Counted from the first letter of the stretch, positions 8,875-18,269 are shown. The stretch is 45,879 nucleotides of DNA from an uncultured Candidatus Saccharibacteria bacterium (GCA_964430945.1 CAYSHH010000007.1:1-45879), one strand, 5' to 3'. Program-made: numbers and translations. Notes: generated by a model not told the origin, from the letters alone.

Positions 8875-9723
8875 ATGCATCGACAACGTCTCACCATCAC
8901 CCTTAGGCAAGATCTCTTAAGTCAGGTCGACAAAAAAATCGACGGGGTTCGTATTCGCAATCGTTCTCATGCAATCGAATATTTACTTACTAAGTCTATG
9001 GGATCAAAGATCAATAAAGCTTTCATTCTTGCTGGAGGTGAAGGGCTCAAGATGCGCCCCTTTACCTATGAGATGCCTAAGTCAATGATACCGATTGATA
9101 ATAGACCAATACTTGAATATATCATTGAACTTCTTAGAAACAACGGTATAAAAAACATTTATATTGGTATTGACTATTTGGCCAAAAAAATAAAGTCCCA
9201 CTTTGGTGATGGTGATAAATTTGGTGTTAATATCAAATACATTGAAAACAAAGTTCCACTGGGAACTGGTGGTGCTCTCAAATCTGCTAAAGCATATCTA
9301 AAAGATAGTAATTTTGTACTTATACATGGAGATCTTTTGGTAGATATTGATTTAGTCGATATGATTGATTTTTCCGAAGAAGAAAAAACTATCGCTACCA
9401 TGGCTCTTACGTCAGTCGAAGACCCATCACTTTATGGGTCAGTTCGTCTGCGCGGTGCGGATATTGTTGAATTTTCTGAAAAACCAAAAGTAAATCATAA
9501 TGTCTCTCGTTTGGTAAATGCCGGAATCTATGTGATGAAACCAGAAATATTCAATCATCTTCCTAACAAGAAAAAATTTTCAATCGAAAAAGAAATTATC
9601 CCTAATCTTATAAAAGACAAAAAAATTAGTGGTTATCATTTTGCAGGAGCCTGGTATGATATTTCAACACCAACGATTTATGGAAGAGCTGTCAAAGATT
9701 GGAAAAAGAAAAAGAGTGTTTAA
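8875..9723 (+). CDS. Ribbon-helix-helix domain fused to NTP_transferase (sugar-phosphate nucleotidyltransferase) domain
   Basis: N-term RLTITLRQDLL..VD.......NRSHAIEYLL (CopG/NikR-like); then AFILAGGEGLKMRP, PKSMIPI, PLGTGGAL, HGD, VNAGIY, W.DI. Confidence 0.85.
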   Translation: MHRQRLTITLRQDLLSQVDKKIDGVRIRNRSHAIEYLLTKSMGSKINKAFILAGGEGLKMRPFTYEMPKSMIPIDNRPILEYIIELLRNNGIKNIYIGIDYLAKKIKSHFGDGDKFGVNIKYIENKVPLGTGGALKSAKAYLKDSNFVLIHGDLLVDIDLVDMIDFSEEEKTIATMALTSVEDPSLYGSVRLRGADIVEFSEKPKVNHNVSRLVNAGIYVMKPEIFNHLPNKKKFSIEKEIIPNLIKDKKISGYHFAGAWYDISTPTIYGRAVKDWKKKKSV

Positions 9724-9799
9724 TTCTCTGGACATTTTTGGTATTTTTTGTTAATTTATATTGGAGGCCGGCGTGGTCTAATTTTTTAGGTATAGATAG

Positions 9800-9886
9800 G
9801 CGGACGTGGCGGAACTGGTAGACGCGCAGCCTTGAGGGGGCTGTGGGCGCAAGCCCGTGGAAGTTCAAGTCTTCTCGTCCGCACCA
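9800..9886 (+). tRNA. tRNA-Leu(GAG)
   Basis: GCGGACG/CGTCCGC acceptor, CAGCC-TTGAGGG-GGCTG arm, long variable arm, CCA. Confidence 0.97.
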
Positions 9887-9933
9887 TTATTTTAAAAATC
9901 AATAAACTAAATAACAAGTTTACTAAACAATTT

Positions 9934-10009
9934 GGACGGTTAGCTCAGTTGGTAGAGCATCTCGTTTACACCGAGGGGGTCACAGGTTCGAGTCCTGTAC
10001 CGTCCACCA
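9934..10009 (+). tRNA. tRNA-Val(TAC)
   Basis: GGACGGT/ACCGTCC acceptor, loop TT-TAC-AC, TTCGAGT, CCA. Confidence 0.97.
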
Positions 10010-10019
10010 TTATTGTTTT

Positions 10020-10095
10020 GCCGTGGTAGCTCAGTGGTTAGAGCACAGGTCTGAAAAACCTGGTGTCGGCGGTCCGATTCCGCCCCGCGGCACCA
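10020..10095 (+). tRNA. tRNA-Phe(GAA) with non-canonical T-loop (TCCGATT)
   Basis: GCCGTGG/CCGCGGC acceptor, CAGGT-CTGAAAA-ACCTG arm, CCA. Confidence 0.93.
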
Positions 10096-10120
10096 TTTGT
10101 TATTAAGCGATCAAATACTA

Positions 10121-10540
10121 ATGATTAAATATTTTTCAGCAGATTATATGCTTTCGTCGACTCCAGAAGCAACAAATAGCGTGTTGATCACATATCTTGT
10201 CTTATTTACAATCACGCTTATTTCAGGTATTATACTCTCTACGATTCTTTTAAAAAAATCGAAAAATATGCCGCCTTACAAAACTATACGCGAAAGGATT
10301 ATAAATCATACGCTCGTTACTAGTATACTGGGATTTATATTTACCTTTTTTCTATGGCAACAGATACCATATTTATCAGCCCCGATCGTAGTCTATATAC
10401 TTTTGATCGTATTAGTATATTTACTGATTGCTGATACCTTGTATTATAAAAACACAACAGTAAGTGAACTGAAAAGATACAAACAGGAGCTAGAATACCA
10501 AAAATACTTACCCAAACAATCTAAACAACAATCCAAATAA
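10121..10540 (+). CDS. Hypothetical membrane protein (about 3 TM)
   Basis: Hydrophobic helices, C-terminal KYLPK basic tail; ATG at 10121 preferred over TTG at 10097. Confidence 0.75.
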   Translation: MIKYFSADYMLSSTPEATNSVLITYLVLFTITLISGIILSTILLKKSKNMPPYKTIRERIINHTLVTSILGFIFTFFLWQQIPYLSAPIVVYILLIVLVYLLIADTLYYKNTTVSELKRYKQELEYQKYLPKQSKQQSK

Positions 10541-10557
10541 TATATTAGAAAGAAAAA

Positions 10558-11727
10558 ATGTCAAAAAACAATCTAAAAAACTTTAAATCAATGCAAGATT
10601 TGGTTGAAAAAACCGGATCAAATCTCATTCCCATAAAAAATGGTGAGATGGTTGATGTAAAAATTATTAAGGTTGCCCGTACAAAGATCTTGGTTGATGT
10701 CGCTGGACTAAATACAGGAATAATTCCTGAAAAGGAATTTTCTTCAGATGTGCTTGATCTTAAGACCGACGATATGATACCGGCCTACGTTCTTATGATG
10801 GAAAACGAAGAAGGAAACGTGGTACTTTCATTAAAACGAGCAAGCAAAGAAAGATATTGGCGTATATTAAACGAATCACACAAAGACAGTACTTCCGTAA
10901 AAGTTCGCGTTAAACAAGCCAATAGAGGTGGACTTATCGTTGAATATGGCAACATTGAAGGATTCTTACCAGTATCACAACTTACATCAGATCATTATCC
11001 TAGAGTGGGAGATAGAAAAGATAAAATTCTAGAACATCTCAAAAAGCTTCTCAATAGCTCTCTAAATGTCAAGGTTATTACACTTGAACCAGAAAATTCC
11101 AAAGTAATATTTTCCGAAAAAGAAGCTGGCGATAAGGCACTTGATCAAACACTTGATAAATATAAAGTTGGTCAAAAACTTCTAGGAAAAGTTACCGGCG
11201 TTGTTGATTTCGGTATATTTGTTGATCTAGGTGATATTGAAGGCTTGGTACACATTTCAGAAGTTTCTTGGGATAAGGTTGAAAATCTTAAAAAACTTTA
11301 CAAGCCAGGTGATAAAATTGATGTTGAAGTAATTGATATATCCAATGGTAGAATTTCACTGTCAATAAAAAGACTTAAAAAAGATCCTTGGGTAGACGCC
11401 ATTAAAGATTACGAAGTAAATGACAAGGTAAAAGGTGAAGTGACTAAACTTACCCCATATGGAGCATTTGTACGGATCGATGGTAAATTGAATGCAATGT
11501 TTCACATTTCTGAAATCAATGGCATCAAAGATGAAAACATCAAGAATCTAGAAGATCTTCTTGAAATTGGCAAGAAATATGATTTTAACATCAATAACAT
11601 TGAAAAGAAATCTCATAAGATTAGTCTAAGTTGGCCAACCAAAAAAGAACCTAAATCTCCCGAAAAAACTGAGGCAAAAACCAAGAAGACTAAGGCCAAA
11701 ACTAAAACCAAAATAAAGAAGAAATAA
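10558..11727 (+). CDS. rpsA: 30S ribosomal protein S1 (short, about 4 S1 domains, Lys-rich tail)
   Basis: Repeated S1 motifs GFLPVSQL, FGIFV..GLVHISEVSW, YGAFV..FHISEI; LSLKR/LSIKR. Confidence 0.9.
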   Translation: MSKNNLKNFKSMQDLVEKTGSNLIPIKNGEMVDVKIIKVARTKILVDVAGLNTGIIPEKEFSSDVLDLKTDDMIPAYVLMMENEEGNVVLSLKRASKERYWRILNESHKDSTSVKVRVKQANRGGLIVEYGNIEGFLPVSQLTSDHYPRVGDRKDKILEHLKKLLNSSLNVKVITLEPENSKVIFSEKEAGDKALDQTLDKYKVGQKLLGKVTGVVDFGIFVDLGDIEGLVHISEVSWDKVENLKKLYKPGDKIDVEVIDISNGRISLSIKRLKKDPWVDAIKDYEVNDKVKGEVTKLTPYGAFVRIDGKLNAMFHISEINGIKDENIKNLEDLLEIGKKYDFNINNIEKKSHKISLSWPTKKEPKSPEKTEAKTKKTKAKTKTKIKKK

Positions 11728-11748
11728 TTTTTCTCAACGATTATTTAA

Positions 11749-11778
11749 GAAAAAAGCTTCCATTCGGAAGCTTTTTTC
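11749..11778. terminator. Intrinsic (bidirectional) terminator after rpsA
   Basis: gaaaaaagcttcc-attc-ggaagcttttttc perfect inverted repeat. Confidence 0.85.
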
Positions 11779-11828
11779 GTGTATATTATAACAAATCGCA
11801 ATATGCTTAAAAATGAGGAGTGATTGAT

Positions 11829-13106
11829 TTGAAAAGAAATTTTATTCTTTTCGGGGTTATATTTTTTGTTCTAGCGTTTTCATCTATTTCTTGGTCTGAT
11901 ACTATATATCAGATTGATCCCAAAGAAGGAATTCTGCTGGGAGATGTGAATGGTGTCAAAATCTACGGTGATCCAGATACATATCCATATGGAAGAATTT
12001 CCAATAATTTAGCATATCAATGTGTAGAGCTGGTAAGAAGATATTTTTACCAAAAACATAATATGTTTTTTCCTAATATAAGCACCGGGTGTGCCAAAGA
12101 TATTATTAACGAATATAATGGCATTAATTGTTTAACGCGATGTTTAAACAATGAGACTAGTATAATTCCTGACATTGGAGATATTTTAGTATTCGATGCA
12201 ACTGCAAAAAATATGTATGGACATGTTGCAATTGTCTCTAATGTTGACCGTAATATAAAAACAATTACATTCGCTCAGCAAAATTGGCCACAAGAACCTT
12301 TTGGGCAACTGAAGTTTAGATTTAATCAGGGAAAAATAATGCTTGAAGACTATAAAGGATATAAAGTATTAGGATTCCTAAGTCAGAACAAGTCGAAAAG
12401 TTTAGATATAATCACTGAAAAATGCAATCCGCAGGCCGGTGATGAACTGGAATCGTACAGAAGAGCATGGATTGTATTTTCCAAAAAGCTTGCTCCAAAT
12501 TATAAGGACTATATTGAGATTGCAACTAAAAAATCCCAATATAAGATTTCTAGAAAAGATAGTAAAGAAAGTAGTGAAAATCCAATAACAGTCGTTATCA
12601 TCGATGGGCTTCCTTGGATACCGGAAGATGATATAAAAATAAAAATAAATAAAGAGATTACAGATATTAGTGGAAATCAGATGGAAAATGATTTTCATTT
12701 TAATTTTAAGATCAAAAAACAAGATTTGCCCTTAACTGGACCTTCCGCTCAGCAAAATGAATTTCGCATTGTAAGCACTCAGCCAGCCAATAATGCTAAA
12801 GATATTAACACAAGAAAAAAAGTGATAATTCAATTCAGTTCAGATATTGATACGAATATAGAAAATGATCTGAGCAAATATGTAAATATCAGAATTATTT
12901 GGTTTGATAAAACCAGCTTCCTTTTAAAAACAAAAAAAATTTATCTTCAAGATAAAAACAAAATAGTGATTGAAGATGTATGGCCTTTGAGTCATCCATT
13001 CAGGGGCGATACAAAGGTTATAATTACTATCAACAAAGAATTGACCGCTCTTAATGGTCAAAGATTAAAAAAAGATTTCAAATTGATTTTTTCAACAATC
13101 AAATAA
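11829..13106 (+). CDS. Secreted CHAP-domain amidase/peptidase with C-terminal bacterial Ig-like (Big_5/SbsA-like) domains
   Basis: Signal peptide; YQCVELVRRYF (Cys) and GDILVF..YGHVAIV..QQNW (His); IVSTQPANNAKDI...VIIQFS; GAGGAG SD favours TTG at 11829. Confidence 0.8.
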   Translation: MKRNFILFGVIFFVLAFSSISWSDTIYQIDPKEGILLGDVNGVKIYGDPDTYPYGRISNNLAYQCVELVRRYFYQKHNMFFPNISTGCAKDIINEYNGINCLTRCLNNETSIIPDIGDILVFDATAKNMYGHVAIVSNVDRNIKTITFAQQNWPQEPFGQLKFRFNQGKIMLEDYKGYKVLGFLSQNKSKSLDIITEKCNPQAGDELESYRRAWIVFSKKLAPNYKDYIEIATKKSQYKISRKDSKESSENPITVVIIDGLPWIPEDDIKIKINKEITDISGNQMENDFHFNFKIKKQDLPLTGPSAQQNEFRIVSTQPANNAKDINTRKKVIIQFSSDIDTNIENDLSKYVNIRIIWFDKTSFLLKTKKIYLQDKNKIVIEDVWPLSHPFRGDTKVIITINKELTALNGQRLKKDFKLIFSTIK

Positions 13107-13123
13107 ATACATATATAATTTTC

Positions 13124-13161
13124 CATGCCATCTCGCTAGTTGAGCTGGCATGTTTTTTTTG
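13124..13161 (+). terminator. Intrinsic terminator after the CHAP gene
   Basis: catgcca/tggcatg stem with T-run. Confidence 0.75.
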
Positions 13162-13205
13162 GTAAACTTAAGCTTGTTTAAGGGTAGATAAAATTTAGGA
13201 GTCAT

Positions 13206-13676
13206 ATGATTATTAAAAAACAATCAGATAAGCATTGGATTATTAAAACACAAAAAACTAAAATTGTATTCAACGAAACTTCATTGATAGATGACTTCGA
13301 GATACCTGGTGATGGAGAATACGAAGTTGGTGGAGTACAGGCCGAAGTCTTCAATGGTATTTATACTTTCTATGTAGAAGGTATGCAAATTGTATTTATC
13401 AAACACGATAAAAAACAATTTTCTCAGACCGAAGTCAAGAAACTGGGTGACATCAATATATTATTTTTACCAGTTGCTGGCAAAGATACCATGGATACCA
13501 AATCAGCCCTTAAGCTAATCTCAGACATCGAGCCTGAGATAGTGATCCCAATATATTATGACGATCTTTCTTCATTTACTAAAGAAGAAGGAATCAATGC
13601 CAAAGAAGTAGGCGAGCTCAAGATCAACAAAGAAGATCTGTCCAGTGAGAATAGACAAGTCTATATTTTAAAATAA
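13206..13676 (+). CDS. MBL-fold (Lactamase_B_3-like) protein, degenerate
   Basis: PGDGEYEVGGV, GDINILFLPVAG, EPEIVIPIYY; metal-binding HxHxDH not visible. Confidence 0.7.
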   Translation: MIIKKQSDKHWIIKTQKTKIVFNETSLIDDFEIPGDGEYEVGGVQAEVFNGIYTFYVEGMQIVFIKHDKKQFSQTEVKKLGDINILFLPVAGKDTMDTKSALKLISDIEPEIVIPIYYDDLSSFTKEEGINAKEVGELKINKEDLSSENRQVYILK

Positions 13677-14639
13677 ATGAAAATTGATAAAGTGGTTGAC
13701 GCTATTGCTCATTCCGAAAAAATACTTTTACTCACTCACGAACATCCGGATGGAGATGCGCTTGGCTCAATGCTTGGATTCAGTATTGCACTTGAAAAAA
13801 TAGGAAAACAAGTTGGTTGTTTCTGTTCTGATGATATGCCTCAAATATTTTCTTTTTTACCAAAAATAAATTCTGTAAAAAATGATTTTTTACTTGGTGA
13901 TTTTGATCTGATAATGATTCTTGATTGCGGTGATGCTAGGCGTACGGGTGTTCCGGGCAGAATCAAAAATCTTGCTACACATAAAAATAAAATAATTAAT
14001 ATTGATCATCACCCCAAAAACGATCTTCATAAAATTGCCAAAATAAATTATGTTGATTATAATAGTTCCTCGACAGCTGAGATTATTTATGGCATTATAA
14101 GAAAGTTAAAAATTAAGATAAATAAAGATATTGCACTTTGTCTCCTTTGCGGTTTATATACCGATACTGGTTCGTTTATGCATTCCTGCACATCTCCTAA
14201 AACACTTGAGATTGCTTCTAGACTTCTTCACTCAGGTGCAAGACTGGAGAAAATTACTCAAAATGTTGTGAATTCACACAGTATTTCCTCATTAAAACTT
14301 AAGGGGATTGCTCTATCCAGATTAAGAATAAATAAAAAATATCACATTGCAACGTCATGTGTTGACAAGGAAGATATCAGAAAATGCGAAGCAACAAATG
14401 ACGACGTGGCGGGAATTGTAAATCTTATAAATTCGATACCAGAAGCAGAAGTGGCATTGTTCATGTATCAAAAGGATATAAATACTATAAAAGCTAGTCT
14501 TCGTACTGAAAATAATAAAATCAATCTTACCCGAATGGCCAAGATATTCGGTGGTGGGGGACTCAAAAAAGCTTCTGGATTTTCTATAAATGGCAAATTA
14601 ACAATAAAAGGCAATAATTTTAAGATAAAATATTTATGA
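13677..14639 (+). CDS. nrnA: DHH/DHHA1 phosphoesterase (NrnA-like oligoribonuclease/pAp phosphatase)
   Basis: THEHPDGDALGS, LDCGD, IDHHP, SSTAEI, TDTGSF, KASLRT, GGGG. Confidence 0.88.
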   Translation: MKIDKVVDAIAHSEKILLLTHEHPDGDALGSMLGFSIALEKIGKQVGCFCSDDMPQIFSFLPKINSVKNDFLLGDFDLIMILDCGDARRTGVPGRIKNLATHKNKIINIDHHPKNDLHKIAKINYVDYNSSSTAEIIYGIIRKLKIKINKDIALCLLCGLYTDTGSFMHSCTSPKTLEIASRLLHSGARLEKITQNVVNSHSISSLKLKGIALSRLRINKKYHIATSCVDKEDIRKCEATNDDVAGIVNLINSIPEAEVALFMYQKDINTIKASLRTENNKINLTRMAKIFGGGGLKKASGFSINGKLTIKGNNFKIKYL

Positions 14640-14655
14640 CGATATCTATAATCAT

Positions 14656-14744
14656 GGCGCGGTGGTGGAATTGGTAGACACGCAGGACTTAAAATCCTGT
14701 GGAGCTAATACTCCGTGTGGGTTCAAGTCCCACCCGCGCCACCA
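14656..14744 (+). tRNA. tRNA-Leu(TAA)
   Basis: GGCGCGG/CCGCGCC acceptor, CAGGA-CTTAAAA-TCCTG arm, long variable arm, CCA. Confidence 0.96.
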
Positions 14745-14910
14745 TATATAGATAATAAACGTAAATGTAGTAGAAAATGGGAAAAGAGGCGAGCAACTAT
14801 CATACCTTACTTGACCATAAAAAATCCAAAATACCAAATGTTAAATTTCAATTAAATAATAAGACATTATTTTTAGTAATTTGATTTTTGCAATTTGGTT
14901 TTTTTATTTT

Positions 14911-14986
14911 CGGGGCGTAGCGTAGCTGGTAGCGCGCAGGCATGGGGTGCCTGAGGTCGGGAGTTCGAGTCTCCCCGCTCCGACCA
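14911..14986 (+). tRNA. tRNA-Pro(GGG)
   Basis: CGGGGCG/CGCTCCG acceptor, CAGGC-ATGGGGT-GCCTG arm, TTCGAGT, CCA. Confidence 0.96.
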
Positions 14987-15219
14987 ATAAATATTAGTTA
15001 GACATAAAACGAAATATTTAAAATTAACACTCCCCCACCACTACATTTAAATTAGTAAAATAAATAAAAATTATTTCTTTTATAAAAACAACTGATATTT
15101 ATAGCAATTTCAATAAGTTTAAAATGCTAAAAATCATGCGATAGGGGAGTTTTAGAAAAATACTTCTCCCCTGCTAGTCATATTTACTATTTTAAATTTG
15201 TCTGATATTATAAATTCAA

Positions 15220-15864
15220 ATGCAATTTGCAAAACGTACATGGGTTTATGTTGGTATCGGTTCTCTGGTGGTTATCGGACTATTTATGATCACCTATTTT
15301 TTCTTTCCCCGAATTTTTGGAGATCTCATATATCCTCTTGAATACGAAGAAACAATAATAAAATACTCAAAACAATATGACATTGACCCTGCACTTATCG
15401 CAGGTATAATTTATTCTGAAAGTCATTTCAATGCCAATGCCGCATCTCATGCCGGTGCACAGGGTCTTATGCAGATTATGCCAACAACTGGTCAAGCAAT
15501 TGCTACCAGAATTGGTGAGCCATATGGTGATTTATTCGATCCAGAAACATCTATTAGGTATGGTACGTATTATATTAAATCTCTTGTTGATAAGTATAAT
15601 GGCGATGTAGACGCAGCACTCGCAGCTTATAATGGTGGCGCGGCTGCGGCTGATCGTTATGTCGTCTCTAGGTCTGATGCATCAATACCCGCAGAAACAG
15701 CTGGTTATATTGTCAAAGTTAATGCGGCCTGGGACAATTACGAAAAACTATATGGAAATATTTTAAATGCTGAGAATGTTGCTGAAGCGATCAAAGTCAA
15801 ACAAGAAGAACAAAAGAAGACATGGTTTCAAAAAATACTTGATTCGTTTGGGGCAAGCAAATAA
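15220..15864 (+). CDS. Lytic transglycosylase (SLT domain), membrane-anchored
   Basis: IYPLEY, ES catalytic Glu, GAQGLMQIMP, ALAAYNGG, ET.GY. Confidence 0.93.
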   Translation: MQFAKRTWVYVGIGSLVVIGLFMITYFFFPRIFGDLIYPLEYEETIIKYSKQYDIDPALIAGIIYSESHFNANAASHAGAQGLMQIMPTTGQAIATRIGEPYGDLFDPETSIRYGTYYIKSLVDKYNGDVDAALAAYNGGAAAADRYVVSRSDASIPAETAGYIVKVNAAWDNYEKLYGNILNAENVAEAIKVKQEEQKKTWFQKILDSFGASK

Positions 15865-15940
15865 TCATTACAAATTTTATTAAATAATATTCAGATCTGA
15901 ATATATAAAAAAGATCTGTAGTAGAAATATATAATAAGTC

Positions 15941-17707
15941 ATGACTGCAAAAGAACTCAGAAAAAAGTACATAAATTTTTTTGTCTCCAAAAATCACAAA
16001 AGAATTGCTTCTGCGCCACTAGTGCCAGAAAATGATCCAACTTGTCTTTTTACTACAGCAGGTATGCACCCGTTAGTCCCTTATCTTTTGGGTGAGAAAC
16101 ATCCATTAGGTGATAAGCTTACAAATGTACAAAAATGTCTGCGCACGGATGATATCGACGAAGTTGGCGACGACACACATAATACTTTTTTTGAAATGCT
16201 TGGAAACTGGTCATTAGGAGATTATTTCAAGGAAGAAGCTATCAGTATGAGCTGGGAATTTCTAACAAAGGAACTCAAATTAGACAAAACAAGATTAGCT
16301 GTTTCTTGCTATGCAGGCAATAAATCCAATGGTATTCCGAAAGATACCGAATCAGCAGAAATTTGGAAGTCACATGGAATATCAGAAGATAGGATTGCGT
16401 ATCTCGCTGATAACTGGTGGGGACCAGCAGGTCAAACAGGACCATGTGGTCCAGACACAGAAATGTTTTATTGGGTAGGTGAAAATGAAGCTCCAAAGAA
16501 ATTTGACCCCAGTGATAGTAAATGGGTTGAGATTTGGAATGATGTTCTTATGCAATATAGTAAAACGAGTGACGGGAAATATATTCCTCTCAAACAAAAA
16601 AATATTGATACTGGCATGGGGCTTGAGCGCACACTCAGTGTTCTTGAAAAAAAGGATTCAATATATGAGACAGAACTTTTTTTGCCTATTATGGATTATA
16701 TCAAGGAACATTCCGGAAAATATGATGAAAAATCGTCTCGCATAATCGCTGATCATATACGTGCATCAGTATTTATCATTTCCGACGGTATAGAAACATC
16801 AAATATTGATCAAGGATATATCCTAAGACGTCTTTTGAGAAGAGTTATTAGATGCGCAAACATTATTGAGATAAAAACAAATGATTATCTCTCAAAGTTA
16901 GTAAAAATTATTATTCAAAATTATAAAGATATTTATCCTGAAATAAATAACCCAGAACATATTATTGGTATTGTCGAAAAAGAAGCTAAAAAATTTGAAG
17001 AGGCTTTAAAAATTGGAGAAAAGGAATTCTCTAAAGCTATAAACCAGCTTAAGACGCACAATCAAGACACAATATCCGGTCGTCTTGCGTTTAAACTTTA
17101 CGAATCATATGGCCTACCGATTGAAATGATAGAAGAAATGTCTGTCGAAGAAGGTTTTAAGTTAGATAGAATTGAGTTTGATAAGGCATATGAGAAGCAT
17201 CAGTTACTTTCTAGAAAAGGTGCCGAGAAAAAATTTGCTGGTGGATTGGCAGATCATTCTGAAATTGTAATTCGGTATCATACTGTAACTCATTTACTCC
17301 ACCAAGCGCTAAGACAAGTTCTCGGTGAACATGTCGAGCAAAAAGGTTCCAATATCACATCTGAACGTATGCGTTTTGATTTTGTTCATCCAAATAAACT
17401 TACCGACGAGGAAAAAAATAAAGTTGAAGATATTATAAACCAACAAATTAAAAAAGAATTGCCAGTGAAGATGAGTGAGATGGATCTCAAATCTGCTAAG
17501 GCATCGGGAGCACTCGGATTTTTTGAATCAAAATATGGAAAAATAGTTAAGGTATATACTATCGGACTTTCTGATCGTGATTATTTCTCACGTGAAATCT
17601 GTGGTGGACCTCATGTTAAAAATACTCGCGAACTGGGTAAGTTCAAAATTACTTCAGAAAAATCATCATCTTCTGGAGTCCGTCGTATTAAAGCTGTTCT
17701 CAAATAA
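15941..17707 (+). CDS. alaS: Alanine--tRNA ligase, short form lacking the C-Ala domain
   Basis: LFTTAGMHP, FFEMLGNWS, GPCGPDTE, DTGMGLER, DHIRA, HTVTHLLH, EICGGPHV, SSGVRRI. Confidence 0.97.
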   Translation: MTAKELRKKYINFFVSKNHKRIASAPLVPENDPTCLFTTAGMHPLVPYLLGEKHPLGDKLTNVQKCLRTDDIDEVGDDTHNTFFEMLGNWSLGDYFKEEAISMSWEFLTKELKLDKTRLAVSCYAGNKSNGIPKDTESAEIWKSHGISEDRIAYLADNWWGPAGQTGPCGPDTEMFYWVGENEAPKKFDPSDSKWVEIWNDVLMQYSKTSDGKYIPLKQKNIDTGMGLERTLSVLEKKDSIYETELFLPIMDYIKEHSGKYDEKSSRIIADHIRASVFIISDGIETSNIDQGYILRRLLRRVIRCANIIEIKTNDYLSKLVKIIIQNYKDIYPEINNPEHIIGIVEKEAKKFEEALKIGEKEFSKAINQLKTHNQDTISGRLAFKLYESYGLPIEMIEEMSVEEGFKLDRIEFDKAYEKHQLLSRKGAEKKFAGGLADHSEIVIRYHTVTHLLHQALRQVLGEHVEQKGSNITSERMRFDFVHPNKLTDEEKNKVEDIINQQIKKELPVKMSEMDLKSAKASGALGFFESKYGKIVKVYTIGLSDRDYFSREICGGPHVKNTRELGKFKITSEKSSSSGVRRIKAVLK

Positions 17708-17728
17708 AAAAGGAGCTAAACGCTCCTT
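17705..17728 (-). terminator. Terminator between convergent alaS and hypothetical gene
   Basis: aaggagc/gctcctt stem, with T-run on the minus strand. Confidence 0.65.
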
Positions 17729-17735
17729 ACTTTAG

Positions 17736-18188
17736 TTAATTTTTACTTATTATTATATTCTGAAAATTACAAATATCGATTTTAAAGTTTGTCATTGATG
17801 GTTTATTTTTTCTTAAAGTAAAACGTATTTTATTGATAATGATCTGTACGTCATCTACTTCAATTTTCATATTGTCAATCATAACCGGTTCTAAAATCAT
17901 CAACAGACTGATGCTTATTGCCGGATAAGGACAGTGGTTATCCTGCCAGGCCTCTACAAGTATATAAAGTGTTACATTTGGAATTTCTGGCATCCGTTTG
18001 CCGCCAATTAATAGTTGTGTCCTTGGGTCACTTTCTTCTGAAGTATAGAGGTTAAGTGCCTCTTTTAAGAAAATCACCACGGTGTCGCTGTCATAAAACT
18101 CAAGCATATTATGAGCTTCATGATATGCATAAATTTTTTGCTTTGCTTCTTCAAAATCTAAAATGTTTTTTTCTTTCACGTCCATCAC
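17736..18188 (-). CDS. Hypothetical 150-aa protein
   Basis: Long ORF with GAGGTG SD-like sequence at its start; no family recognised; exact start uncertain. Confidence 0.65.
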   Translation of the reverse strand: MMDVKEKNILDFEEAKQKIYAYHEAHNMLEFYDSDTVVIFLKEALNLYTSEESDPRTQLLIGGKRMPEIPNVTLYILVEAWQDNHCPYPAISISLLMILEPVMIDNMKIEVDDVQIIINKIRFTLRKNKPSMTNFKIDICNFQNIIISKN

Positions 18189-18269
18189 CTCATTTTTAAA
18201 TTATCCCTTGATAAATCAATTTAACATTAATTTTTCAGTAAATCAAATACATGTAATAAATAAATTTTA

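Noticed and set aside
9832-10029. 65-aa ORF over the tRNA-Leu/Val cluster (also 14652-14837 antisense to tRNA-Leu)
   Set aside because: These are translations of tRNA sequence, not proteins.
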